Shown in pieces: positions 56,172 to 64,000 of a stretch of 64,000 nucleotides of DNA. The notes beneath the pieces are model-generated. The model saw nothing but the letters and a program-made list of their open reading frames with translations. It was not told the origin of the DNA and made no database searches. The DNA comes from an uncultured delta proteobacterium (GTDB lineage: Bacteria; Myxococcota_A; Polyangia; Polyangiales; Polyangiaceae), in assembly GCA_963696385.1 (NCBI GenBank), contig CAVOKF010000003.1, positions 480,001 through 544,000 on the forward strand, in the 5' to 3' direction. Position 1 is the stretch's first letter; every line of letters begins with the position of its first letter. A program made the position numbers and the translations under genes.

Positions 56172-58724
56172 TCAGCGCGGTGCCCGCGCGCCATCCCCCG
56201 GTGGCGCGACGTCCACCTTGATCGGAGCGATTCCCCAAATCTCGCGCGCATAGGCACGTATCGTGGCATCGCTCGAGAACGCGCTGCCTCCGACGATGTT
56301 GAAGAGCGATCTCCTGGCCCAGTCTCTGGGCGACCGGTACGCGGCCGCGGCTTCCCGCAGCGCAGAGGCATAGGAATCGAAGTCCGCGCAGACCATGTAG
56401 GGGTCGGTTTCACGGAGCGTCCGAACGACGCCTGCGTACCGGGAGGGATCGCTCAGCGCGAAAAACGAGGATTCGAGTAGATCGAGAGATCGAGCGAGCT
56501 CAGGGCTCCGGGCGATGAAGCGACTCGGGGCGTAGCCGCTGCGCCAAAGCGCCTGGACTTGCTCAATCGTGTGCCCGCATAGAAAGAAATTCTCGGGACC
56601 CACAGCCTCGCGCAGCTCGATGTTCGCGCCGTCGAGAGTACCGACGGTGAGGGCGCCATTCATTGCGAGCTTCATATTGCTCGTGCCGGAAGCCTCCTTT
56701 CCTGCTTGCGAAATCTGTAACGATACGTCGATCGCGGGGATGATCGCCTGCGCCAGCGACACGCCGTAGTTCGGCACGAACACCACCTTCAATCGATCCC
56801 GGGTGGCTGGATCCCCGTTGACGACGTCTGCGACATCGTTGATGAGGCGGATGTGCGCCTTGGCCGTCGCGTACCCGGCCGCCGCCTTCCCCGCGAAAAT
56901 ATACACGCGTGGCGTAAGCCCCAGTTCGGTCGGCGCACCTTTGAGAAACGCATAGTGTGCGATGACTTCCAAGCACGCAAGCAGCTGCCGCTTGTATTCG
57001 TGAATGCGCTTGATTTGCGCAATGAACATCGCATTCGGGTCGACCGCGACCCCGGTGCGCTCTGCGAGCCGCGTCGCAAGCGCTCGCTTGTTCTCGAGTT
57101 TGGTAGCCCACAAGGCGTCGAGCAGCTCCGGTTGGGCGGCGCGCGTCGCCAGGCTCGAAAGCTGGGCAAAGTCGCCGCCGATCCAGTCGGCGCCGAGATT
57201 TTCGGACAGCAATCGAGCGAGCGACGGATTGGAATAAAGGAGCCAGCGGCGCGGTGTAACCCCGTTCGTCTTGTTGTTGAAGCGGCCCGGGAACATTTCA
57301 TAAAAATCGGGGAGCAAGTCGCTCTTTATGAGTTCGGTGTGCAGCTTTGCCACCCCGTTGACGCTGTGAGAGCCGAGGACGGCCAGGTGCGCCATTCGAA
57401 CTTGCGGAACCGGGCCCTCCTCGATGATCGACATTCGGCTCATGCGCGAGGAATCCATGGGCCAATGAATACTCACGTCGCGCATGAACCGATGATTGAT
57501 TTCGAAAATGATCTTCAGATGCCGAGGAAGGACACGCCCCAGCATCGGTACGGCCCACTTTTCGAGCGCTTCCGGCATCAGAGTATGGTTGGTGTATCCA
57601 ATGGATCGCTGAGTGAGATCCCACGCGAGATCCCAGCCGAGTCCCTCCTGATCGACCAGAACACGCATCAATTCGGCGACGGCGATGGAGGGGTGCGTGT
57701 CGTTCAAGTGGATGGCTGCGCGATCGGGAAACAGACGAAAATCGTCGTGCGCGCGCTTGAACTCCGCGACGATATCGGCAATCGAGCACGCCACGAAAAA
57801 ATATTGCTGCTTGAGACGCAGCTCCTTGCCGTGCTCGGTTTGGTCGTTCGGGTAGAGCACCTTCGAGATGTTCTCCACCTCCACCTTCTCTTCCACCGCG
57901 CGCAGGTAGTCGCCTTCATTGAAGAGGCGCAAATCGAAATCGCGCGACGCTCGGGCCGACCAGAGCCGGAGCGTATTGACGGTATCGGTCTCGTGGCCGA
58001 CGATGAACGAGTCGTAGGGAAGCCCGAGCACCAGCTGCCCGCCAACCCAGGCGACCACCAAACGCCCCCCGTCGTCGTGGCGCATCTCGGTCGTCCCATA
58101 AAAGCGCACGCGCTGCATTCGGTCGTGCCGCGGGAGTTCCCAGGGGTTGCCGTATTGAAGCCAATTGTCCGTGTGTTCGACTTGGTTGCCGCGCTCAATC
58201 CGTTGTTCGAAAATCCCATGCTCGTATCGGATGCCGTACCCGACGGCCGGCAACTCAAGCGTCGCCAGCGAATCCATGAAGCACGCCGCGAGTCGACCGA
58301 GCCCCCCGTTGCCCAACCCCGGATCGCCCTCCGCTTCGAGAACCTCGGCCAGGTCGTATCCGAGGGAGGATGCGACTTGATCAGCGGCGCCGTAAAGGCC
58401 GAGATTGAGCAGGCAGAGCCCTAAGCTCCGTCCGGTCAGAAATTCGGCGGACAGGTAATGCACCCTCTTGACGTCGTGCTCGACGTATGTGCGCTGAGTG
58501 GCGAGCCAGCGCTGAACCAACCGGTCGCGGACGCTATGCGCCATAGCCCGGTAGATGTCGACGGGGCCCGCCTCGTGTGCGTCTTTCACGCACGTGTAAA
58601 GTAGATGCTTCAGCAGGTCGCGTCGGAATTCCTCCGGGTCTCGCGAAGGCAGAGGCGACGAAGGGCCAAGGACCTTGCCATGGGGGCCGGAATCCACGTT
58701 CTTGTTCAGTCTGTTCGTCGTCAC
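56172..58724 (-). CDS. glgP: Glycogen/starch phosphorylase
   Basis: GLGNGGLGRLAACF, KELRLKQQYF, NDTHP, KRIHEYKRQ, EASGTSNMK. Confidence 0.97.
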   Translation of the reverse strand: MTTNRLNKNVDSGPHGKVLGPSSPLPSRDPEEFRRDLLKHLLYTCVKDAHEAGPVDIYRAMAHSVRDRLVQRWLATQRTYVEHDVKRVHYLSAEFLTGRSLGLCLLNLGLYGAADQVASSLGYDLAEVLEAEGDPGLGNGGLGRLAACFMDSLATLELPAVGYGIRYEHGIFEQRIERGNQVEHTDNWLQYGNPWELPRHDRMQRVRFYGTTEMRHDDGGRLVVAWVGGQLVLGLPYDSFIVGHETDTVNTLRLWSARASRDFDLRLFNEGDYLRAVEEKVEVENISKVLYPNDQTEHGKELRLKQQYFFVACSIADIVAEFKRAHDDFRLFPDRAAIHLNDTHPSIAVAELMRVLVDQEGLGWDLAWDLTQRSIGYTNHTLMPEALEKWAVPMLGRVLPRHLKIIFEINHRFMRDVSIHWPMDSSRMSRMSIIEEGPVPQVRMAHLAVLGSHSVNGVAKLHTELIKSDLLPDFYEMFPGRFNNKTNGVTPRRWLLYSNPSLARLLSENLGADWIGGDFAQLSSLATRAAQPELLDALWATKLENKRALATRLAERTGVAVDPNAMFIAQIKRIHEYKRQLLACLEVIAHYAFLKGAPTELGLTPRVYIFAGKAAAGYATAKAHIRLINDVADVVNGDPATRDRLKVVFVPNYGVSLAQAIIPAIDVSLQISQAGKEASGTSNMKLAMNGALTVGTLDGANIELREAVGPENFFLCGHTIEQVQALWRSGYAPSRFIARSPELARSLDLLESSFFALSDPSRYAGVVRTLRETDPYMVCADFDSYASALREAAAAYRSPRDWARRSLFNIVGGSAFSSDATIRAYAREIWGIAPIKVDVAPPGDGARAPR

Positions 58725-58794
58725 GCTAGCATCATGACGTCCACCCGGAAGACCGGGTCGCGTCCGCTTGTTTTCGTCTACGTTTCCTGCATGA

Positions 58795-58895
58795 CTTCGT
58801 GCGGCGCGCCCCGTCGAACTGCACCCCGCTGTCCGGGGTGAGCCTGCGTTGCAGGCTGGCACTGTACTAAGGTGATTTCCTTGGGGCTTCGTCCC
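58795..58895 (+). repeat. Copy B of the structured dispersed repeat
   Basis: Reverse-complement match to 39270-39369; stems CACCCCG/CGGGGTG and AGCCTGC/GCAGGCT. Confidence 0.85.
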
Positions 58896-59002
58896 CCCCC
58901 CACTCGCCGCCCGGCGATCGAAGTACGCCGCCCGACTGACCCTTTTTGATCCGGGGCGGTGTACTTAGCCTGGACGGTCGAACGACCGCGCGAGACTCCA
59001 CC

Positions 59003-59761
59003 ATGACCTATTGCGTCGGCGTTCTTCTCCATGAGGGTATCATCTTCGCGTCCGACTCCCGCACCCACGCGGGCGTGGATAATTTCGCCTCGTTTTGCAA
59101 GATGACCGTCTTCGAAAAGGCCGGCGATCGCGTCCTGGTCCTGCTGAGCTCGGGCAATCTTGCGGGTACGCAGGCGGTCATCAGCGTGCTGCGACAGCGA
59201 AGCAACGCGACGGACGGTATGCCGAATCTTTGGACTGCGCGCACGATGTTCGACGTGGTCGTTCTCGTCTCCGACGCGATGCGCGACATCGAGCGCCGGG
59301 ACCGCCCCCACCTCGAGCGCAGCGAACTCAGCTTCAACGCGTCGTTCATCGTCGGCGGGCAGATCAAGGGCGAACCATTGCGCCTCTTTCGAATCTATGC
59401 CGAAGGAAACTTCATCGAGGCGGGCCCCGACACCCCATTCTTTCAGACGGGCGAAGCGAAGTACGGCAAGCCTATCCTCGATCGGGTGATCACACCTTCG
59501 ACGAGCCTTACGGCTGCGGCGAAATGCGTCCTCGTCTCGTTCGATTCGACCATGCGAAGCAACTTGTCGGTCGCGATGCCGATCGATCTGCTCTGCTACG
59601 AGCGCGACAGTCTGGCCGTTCGAATGCGGCGACGCTTCGATCAAAACGACGCGTATTTCACGACATTGAGCCGCCAATGGAGCGAAGGGGTTCGCACCGT
59701 CTTTGGGCAACTCCCAGAGCTCCCGTGGGTAAGCCCGACTCGCGGCGCGACCCCGTCCTAG
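59003..59761 (+). CDS. Anbu proteasome-type protease
   Basis: MTYCVG (N-terminal Thr), SDSRT.AGVD, GNLA.TQ, GGQI.GE, GNFIEA, GE.KYGKPILDR, STMRSNLSV. Confidence 0.92.
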   Translation: MTYCVGVLLHEGIIFASDSRTHAGVDNFASFCKMTVFEKAGDRVLVLLSSGNLAGTQAVISVLRQRSNATDGMPNLWTARTMFDVVVLVSDAMRDIERRDRPHLERSELSFNASFIVGGQIKGEPLRLFRIYAEGNFIEAGPDTPFFQTGEAKYGKPILDRVITPSTSLTAAAKCVLVSFDSTMRSNLSVAMPIDLLCYERDSLAVRMRRRFDQNDAYFTTLSRQWSEGVRTVFGQLPELPWVSPTRGATPS

Positions 59762-59920
59762 AGCACCGAACCCCTTGCCGGAGCGAGGATTTCAAGAATT
59801 CCCGGCCTCTCGCCAGACGCGGGTGACGAGCCATGCTTGCCGCATGGTGGGGAGCAGCAACTCCGCTAGAGGCGGGAAAGCCGCGGAAAAGCCGACGGGG
59901 CCAACATGTGCGGTGCTCTC
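59759..59920. mobile_element. MITE-like element (~160 bp) with terminal inverted repeats
   Basis: AGAGCACCGAAC ... GTGCGGTGCTCT (11/12 inverted match); internal hairpin CCATGC-TTGCC-GCATGG; the left end is the TAG stop of the Anbu gene. Confidence 0.65.
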
Positions 59921-60033
59921 GTCGATACCGGCAGCAAACCATGGCGGCGGGGCTTTTCGAGCCTACGGAGCCGGGGCTGGGCCGCCGGCCACTCCGAGGC
60001 GCGTGTGCACGCAAGTGTCTTGTTCGCGTGGCC

Positions 60034-60737
60034 CTAACCCATCGCGATTCCGAGGATGCGCCCGATCGCCGCCGTTGCGGCCATGGCCAGGCCGCCGCCG
60101 ACGATGACACGAAACGCCGCCCGCCCCATCGGCGCCCCCCGAGGTGCCCCCCGAGCGCGCCCAGCGCGGCAAGACTGGCCAACGACAGTCCGGCGATCGC
60201 AGGAACCCGAAAGAGGTTCGGCGTAACGATCAGGGCAACGAGTGGAACGGTGGCGAACGACGCGAAGCTGACTGCCGAGATCCACGCCGCCTGCAATGGG
60301 CGCGAAAGCGACCCAGGCTCGATTCCAAGCTCGTCGCGCATGTGAGCGGCCAGACGGTCGTGCGCGCTAAGCTCTATCGCAACCTTCATCGCAAGGTCCC
60401 GGTCGAGACCCCGTCTCGCATAAATCATCGCAAGCTCGTTGAGCTCGGCCTGCGGGTCCGCCGCGAGCTCGCGCTGTTCGCGGTCGATGTCCGCCTGTTG
60501 CGCATCGCGCTGCGAACTGACCGAGATGTACTCGCCCACCGCCATCGACATCGACCCGGCCACCAGCCCAGCGACACCCGCCACAAGAACCGCGGCTTTC
60601 GACGCGGCAGAAGCCGCCACGCCGACCATCAAGCTCGCCGTGGACACGATCGCGTCATCGGAACCCAGGACGGCAGCCCGTAGCCACGCCGCCCGCCCGC
60701 TCTGATGGCGCTCGAGATGGGTGCCAACTTTTCGCAT
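60034..60737 (-). CDS. VIT1/CCC1 iron/manganese transporter (single frameshift at a G6 run near 60135)
   Basis: WLRAAVLG..D, SMAVGEY.SVSSQRD, AHMRDELG; the C-terminus continues in the 60034-60285 frame. Confidence 0.85.
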
Positions 60738-61080
60738 TCGAGCGGGCTTTAGCACGGGGTCCCGAAGGCCGGAAAAGCTCGACGATTTCTGCGGCGCGGG
60801 CGCGGCCCCTGCCGCAAACCTCTGACCTCCACGGGCCGGATCGCGGCCGGATCGCGGTGTTCCCCGGCAGATCGCCGGGTCAACGCCCCGCGCGAGCGAA
60901 ATCTTGCGCGAAGCTTGCACGACGCATCCCAGCCGGTGCCGGAGGGTGCTGGCCGAGCGCTTCCGCGACCCCGATGTTTGCAGAGAGCGACAGCTGTGGT
61001 CCCGGACGCCGTCGGTCGTTTTTTCAGTTTCGCACACGATAACTGGCAAACCGTCGCGGCTCGCTGGATCATGACCCTGG

Positions 61081-62127
61081 ATGGCGCCTAGCTCCTTGCA
61101 CTGCGCGCGCGGAGGCCGCGCCTTGTCCTTCTTCGCACTCTTTTGGGTGCTCGCGGCTTGCTTGACGGCCCATTCACCAGCAAGCTCGATGGGATCCCCG
61201 GCGGCGCGCGCTGCCCCGGATGCCGGCGATTCGCGCTCGCGCGACGATGGCGCCGCCCCGACCGCTAGCCCCTCGGCATCCATGGACCCGCAAGTCGTGC
61301 GGAATGAGGACCCGCCAGCCCCGGTGACCAAGGAGCTGCCTCGGGGCGGTCGAACCATCTTTCCGATTCACCGGCTCGTCGGCTTCTGCGGCACGCCAGG
61401 CGCACCTGCGCTCGGCGAACTGCAGGGCAATCTGCCGGTAAAGGTCAAGGCGCTCGAGGCCCAAGCCGCGCACTACGCCGACGGATCGCGCACGCTGCTT
61501 CCGGTGTTCGAGCTCATCGCGGTGGTCGTGCAGTCCGGGCCCGGACCCGACGGCAAATACCGTCGACGCGTGGATGACTCCGTGGTCGACGAATACTTGC
61601 GCTTGGCCCGGAAGGCGAAGGGGCTGATGCTCCTCAACATTCAGCCTGGGCAATCGGATTTCATGACAGAAGTCAAGTCGTTCGATGCGTACTTGCGGGA
61701 GCCCGACGTCGGTGTTGCGCTCGACCCCGAGTGGGCCATGAAGCCGAAGCAACGGCCTGGCGTCTTCTTCGGACAGACGACCGGGCAGATCGTCAACGAA
61801 GTCGCGGAATATCTATCGGGCCTCGTCGCGACAGGCGGACTCCCGGAAAAGGCCCTCGTATTCCACGAGGTCAATCGGGAGGTGTTGAAGGACGAATTCG
61901 TCGTCAGACCCTATCCGGGCGTCGCCGTCATCAAGAGCGTGGACGGGCTGGGGCCCGTGCATGCCAAGATGGCCACGTACCGGAACCTTATGGAGGTCAT
62001 GGCTCCCGGGGTACACCCCGGCTTCAAACTCTTTTTCGATGAGGACAGCCGGAACGGACACCGCCTGATGACCCCGAAGGAGGTCTTGTCGCTGTCGCCC
62101 CAGCCTGAATATGTGATGTACGAGTAG
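61081..62127 (+). CDS. Conserved exported hypothetical protein
   Basis: Signal peptide; FELIAVV, LNIQPG, ALDPEW, DGLG, GFKLFF.ED motifs. Confidence 0.75.
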   Translation: MAPSSLHCARGGRALSFFALFWVLAACLTAHSPASSMGSPAARAAPDAGDSRSRDDGAAPTASPSASMDPQVVRNEDPPAPVTKELPRGGRTIFPIHRLVGFCGTPGAPALGELQGNLPVKVKALEAQAAHYADGSRTLLPVFELIAVVVQSGPGPDGKYRRRVDDSVVDEYLRLARKAKGLMLLNIQPGQSDFMTEVKSFDAYLREPDVGVALDPEWAMKPKQRPGVFFGQTTGQIVNEVAEYLSGLVATGGLPEKALVFHEVNREVLKDEFVVRPYPGVAVIKSVDGLGPVHAKMATYRNLMEVMAPGVHPGFKLFFDEDSRNGHRLMTPKEVLSLSPQPEYVMYE

Positions 62128-62219
62128 CCAAATGTAGGACGGACCAGCCGGTCGGTCTGTCTGCGAGGCATTTCTGAGCCGAAATCGACGCGGCGCGCTA
62201 CTGCTACGACAAAGGCAGC

Positions 62220-62855
62220 ATGCCCCTCTCGCCTCGGCCCCCGCTCCGCGTAGTCAGAAGCCACGGGCAAGCACTTACCGCCGATCCCGAGTTGGCGGAC
62301 GCGCTCATTTCGGGCGAGGCGTGGGCCGCGGCGGCTACCTGGAACAAGCACGCACCGATGGTTTTTCGTTTCTTGCACCGAGCGCTTGGCCCGAACGCCG
62401 ACGTTGAGGATCTCACGCAGGAGGCGTTCGTCGGCGTGTTCTCCAGCGTACGCGCTCTTCGGAATCGCGAGGCGCTCCGCAGCTTCATCTTCTCCGTCGC
62501 CGTCCGCACGCTCCGAGGGGAGCTGCGTCGCCGCCGTGCGCGCCGGCTCTTTCAGCTCTCGGCAATCGGACAGCTTCCGGACGTGGCCGTTCCGGCGCTC
62601 GACGCCGAGTCTCGTCAGGCGCTCCGGCGTTTCTACGGAATCCTCGACCTCTTGAGTGCAGACGAGCGGTCGGCATTCGTTCTTCGCCACCTGGAGGGTC
62701 TGCAGCTCGAGGAGGTGGCAGAAGCGCTCGACATTTCGCTAGCGACGGCCAAACGTCGCCTTCGGCGGGCTTCAGAGCTCGTCGCGCGCCATGCGCATCG
62801 CGATGCGGCCCTCGCGCCGTACGCCAAGACGAGCGGGGCCAGCGATGAGATCTGA
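62220..62855 (+). CDS. ECF sigma-70 factor
   Basis: DVEDLTQEAF in region 2; region 4 FVLRHLEG..LEEVA.AL.IS.ATAKRRL. Confidence 0.92.
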   Translation: MPLSPRPPLRVVRSHGQALTADPELADALISGEAWAAAATWNKHAPMVFRFLHRALGPNADVEDLTQEAFVGVFSSVRALRNREALRSFIFSVAVRTLRGELRRRRARRLFQLSAIGQLPDVAVPALDAESRQALRRFYGILDLLSADERSAFVLRHLEGLQLEEVAEALDISLATAKRRLRRASELVARHAHRDAALAPYAKTSGASDEI

Positions 62856-64000
62856 CGACAACAGCGCACGGCTGAGTGACCGCGTGGCGGGCCTCACGGA
62901 GCTCGCACGAGACTCGCTCGGCGAGATGACGGAGCGACAGCGAATACGCGGCCTGGAGGCGCTCCGGACTCGCCTATCCGAGCAGGGCCGCAGCATTTGG
63001 AACGTGCGGCGGTCCGCACTGGCGCTCACCGGGGGATTGGTGCTGGTCGGCTGCGTCGCGCTCGGCGTATCGATCGCCGACCATCGGCGCGAGCACGCGC
63101 CCGCGCTGGCCCTGCGTGTCCAAGGCGGCGAGCTTCTCGATGGGGGCGCCATTCAAGCGTCTGGAAAGGCTCGCCCGCTTCTTCGATTCTCCGACGGAAG
63201 CGAGGTCGCGCTCGGCGAGGGGGCGCACGTGCGTGTGCGTTCGATGGACGCGCATGGCGCGAGGGTGACGCTGCAGGACGGCGACGCGCATGTCTACGTG
63301 GTGCACGCCTCGGGGACTCGCTGGGCTTTCGATGCCGGGCCATTCGTCGTCAACGTCACGGGAACCGCGTTCGGCTTGTCGTGGCATGAGGACACGCAAC
63401 AGCTCGATTTGCAGCTCGAGAATGGAACGGTCACCGTGAGCGGACCTGCGTCCGACGCCCCGCTTGCGATCCGTGCAGGTCAGTGGCTGACGGTGCGGGG
63501 TGGCGACGTGCTGATTCGCAGCTTGACCGCCGAGCAAGCAGACGTTTCCAGCACCGAAAACGCGGGCGTGAAGCCGCCTTCCGAGGAGCTCGCCGCGAGT
63601 GCGCCGTCGGTAGCGGGTCACGATGTTGGCGAACCTGCTGGAGCGCGCCGTGCGGCGCCGCGACGTGCCAGTGCCCATCACTGGGTGGAGGACCTGGCGA
63701 ATGGTCGCTTCGAGGCCATCGTGTCTCAGGCGGTCGCCCTGGGTACCGAAACGGCGATCGCCGAAAGCTCGGCCGATGAACTCGCAGCCTTGGCCGACGC
63801 CGCCCGGTACACTCGGCGCCAGGACATCGCCCACAGCGCTCTCATAGGCCTGCGGCGTCGTTTCCCGGCATCGGAGCACGCCAATGTGGCGGCCTTTCAC
63901 CTCGGACGAATGTCCGAGGCGGACGGAGATACGCGCACGGCATTTTCGTGGTTTGACACGTATCTGGGAGAGGATCCGAACGGCGCTTACGCTTCGGAGG
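62845..64000 (+). CDS. FecR-domain anti-sigma protein with TPR (3'-truncated by the window; absent from the ORF track)
   Basis: TM helix, LRFSDGSEVAL, AGPFVV.VTGTAF, G.V.V, then TPR-like helices; overlaps the sigma factor stop. Confidence 0.88.
   Translation, partial: MRSDDNSARLSDRVAGLTELARDSLGEMTERQRIRGLEALRTRLSEQGRSIWNVRRSALALTGGLVLVGCVALGVSIADHRREHAPALALRVQGGELLDGGAIQASGKARPLLRFSDGSEVALGEGAHVRVRSMDAHGARVTLQDGDAHVYVVHASGTRWAFDAGPFVVNVTGTAFGLSWHEDTQQLDLQLENGTVTVSGPASDAPLAIRAGQWLTVRGGDVLIRSLTAEQADVSSTENAGVKPPSEELAASAPSVAGHDVGEPAGARRAAPRRASAHHWVEDLANGRFEAIVSQAVALGTETAIAESSADELAALADAARYTRRQDIAHSALIGLRRRFPASEHANVAAFHLGRMSEADGDTRTAFSWFDTYLGEDPNGAYASE

Overview
High-GC bacterial DNA whose gene content points to a Myxococcota (Polyangiaceae-like) genome; the taxon is inferred from Cys-rich lipoproteins, an MJ0042 zinc-ribbon/TPR protein, a giant TPR protein and an ECF/FecR pair. 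The window has two parts. (1) About 1-17.5 kb is a decayed, composite integration hotspot at a tRNA-Arg(CCT) flanked by two convergent tyrosine recombinases. It contains traG/VirD4 remnants, two VapBC-type toxin-antitoxin pairs, an IS630 element, a duplicated alpha/beta hydrolase, three copies of the tail of an HTH gene and many short gene fragments (scrambled phzF, GNAT, Ser/Thr kinase, 2H phosphoesterase, phoU). (2) About 17.5-64 kb is mostly intact chromosomal backbone. The most notable items are: a single 1363-aa polypeptide fusing DNA topoisomerase III to a complete RecQ helicase with HRDC; a stand-alone, His-rich Acb2/Tad1-hairpin-like small protein outside any prophage; a ~100-nt structured repeat present twice 19.5 kb apart with covarying stems; an orphan Anbu proteasome-type protease whose stop codon overlaps a MITE-like element; and a (CACAATCG)8 array between divergent transporters. 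All family assignments come from motif recognition by eye; no database searches were run.
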